From: Convolutriloba macropyga
Taxonomy: Eukaryota
NCBI RefSeq assembly: GCF_964194025.1
Contig: NC_134480.1
Coordinates: 27,528,001-27,592,000, forward strand
Direction: 5' to 3'
DNA: 64,000 nucleotides
Position 1 is the stretch's first letter, and each line of letters begins with the position of its first letter. Below the pieces are notes generated by a model. That model was not told where the DNA came from. It ran no database searches and saw nothing but the letters and a program-made list of their open reading frames with translations. Shown in pieces: positions 63,618-64,000 of this stretch. The translations under genes and the position numbers were made by a program.

Positions 63618-64000
63618 AATAATTGAAAAGTATTCCAGAACAAAGAAGCAACTAAAATTTCTCTACAGATTGAGCATTCAGAACGACCGATGGCGAAGTA
63701 CCTCGTGATACGGTTCGCTTCAAACAACCAGTTCATCAAACAACCAGAAAACAGAGAGACCAACAAAAATATTTGTTAAATAGAAAACTGAAGAGAGGGA
63801 AAGGAAGTGAAGGTCAAAGTCAAAAAACATTTTCTACAAAATAATTGGGAAGTTATCCACAAAACGGTAAAATGTTACTTCTTAACCATTATTTTGAGAT
63901 AGAACTTTTATTACTTCATCGGAACGAGGCAACACTCACGCAACACCTGGCAAAACGTGTCAAACAACAAAAAATTCAACGAGCCATAAATGCATATTAT

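Noticed and set aside
63700-63787. Candidate upstream exon of the membrane-protein gene
   Set aside because: All frames from the acceptor contain stops, and the ATG-initiated option is out of phase with the exon at 62193.

Overview
AT-rich, repeat-dense animal (invertebrate-type) genomic window with one assembly gap. Host genes: the terminal PLAT/LH2 exon of a + strand gene (LOXHD1-like), a complete 9-coding-exon SPOP/roadkill gene on the - strand (about 549 aa, long Ser-rich N-terminus), a centrin with an intronless CDS, and a probable terminal exon of a multi-pass membrane protein. The main feature is a 15.3-kb Ty3/Gypsy LTR element (33466-48808, - strand). It has near-identical LTRs, a GTGTT target-site duplication, gag, pol and an F-type env. 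It also carries a ~5.4-kb accessory region between env and the 3' LTR. That region holds an antisense, probably spliced JmjC (KDM2/KDM7-like) Fe(II)/2-oxoglutarate oxygenase gene with all cofactor ligands present, three tRNA-like Pol III cassettes, a small secreted/membrane glycoprotein gene and a string of orphan ORFs. It resembles a complex endogenous retrovirus-like element that may carry its own chromatin anti-silencing enzyme (inference). Also present: decayed CRE-type non-LTR fragments in SPOP intron 1, two families of Helentron-like non-autonomous elements, MITEs, a ~700-bp foldback and several tandem arrays. All calls are from manual reading; no searches were run.
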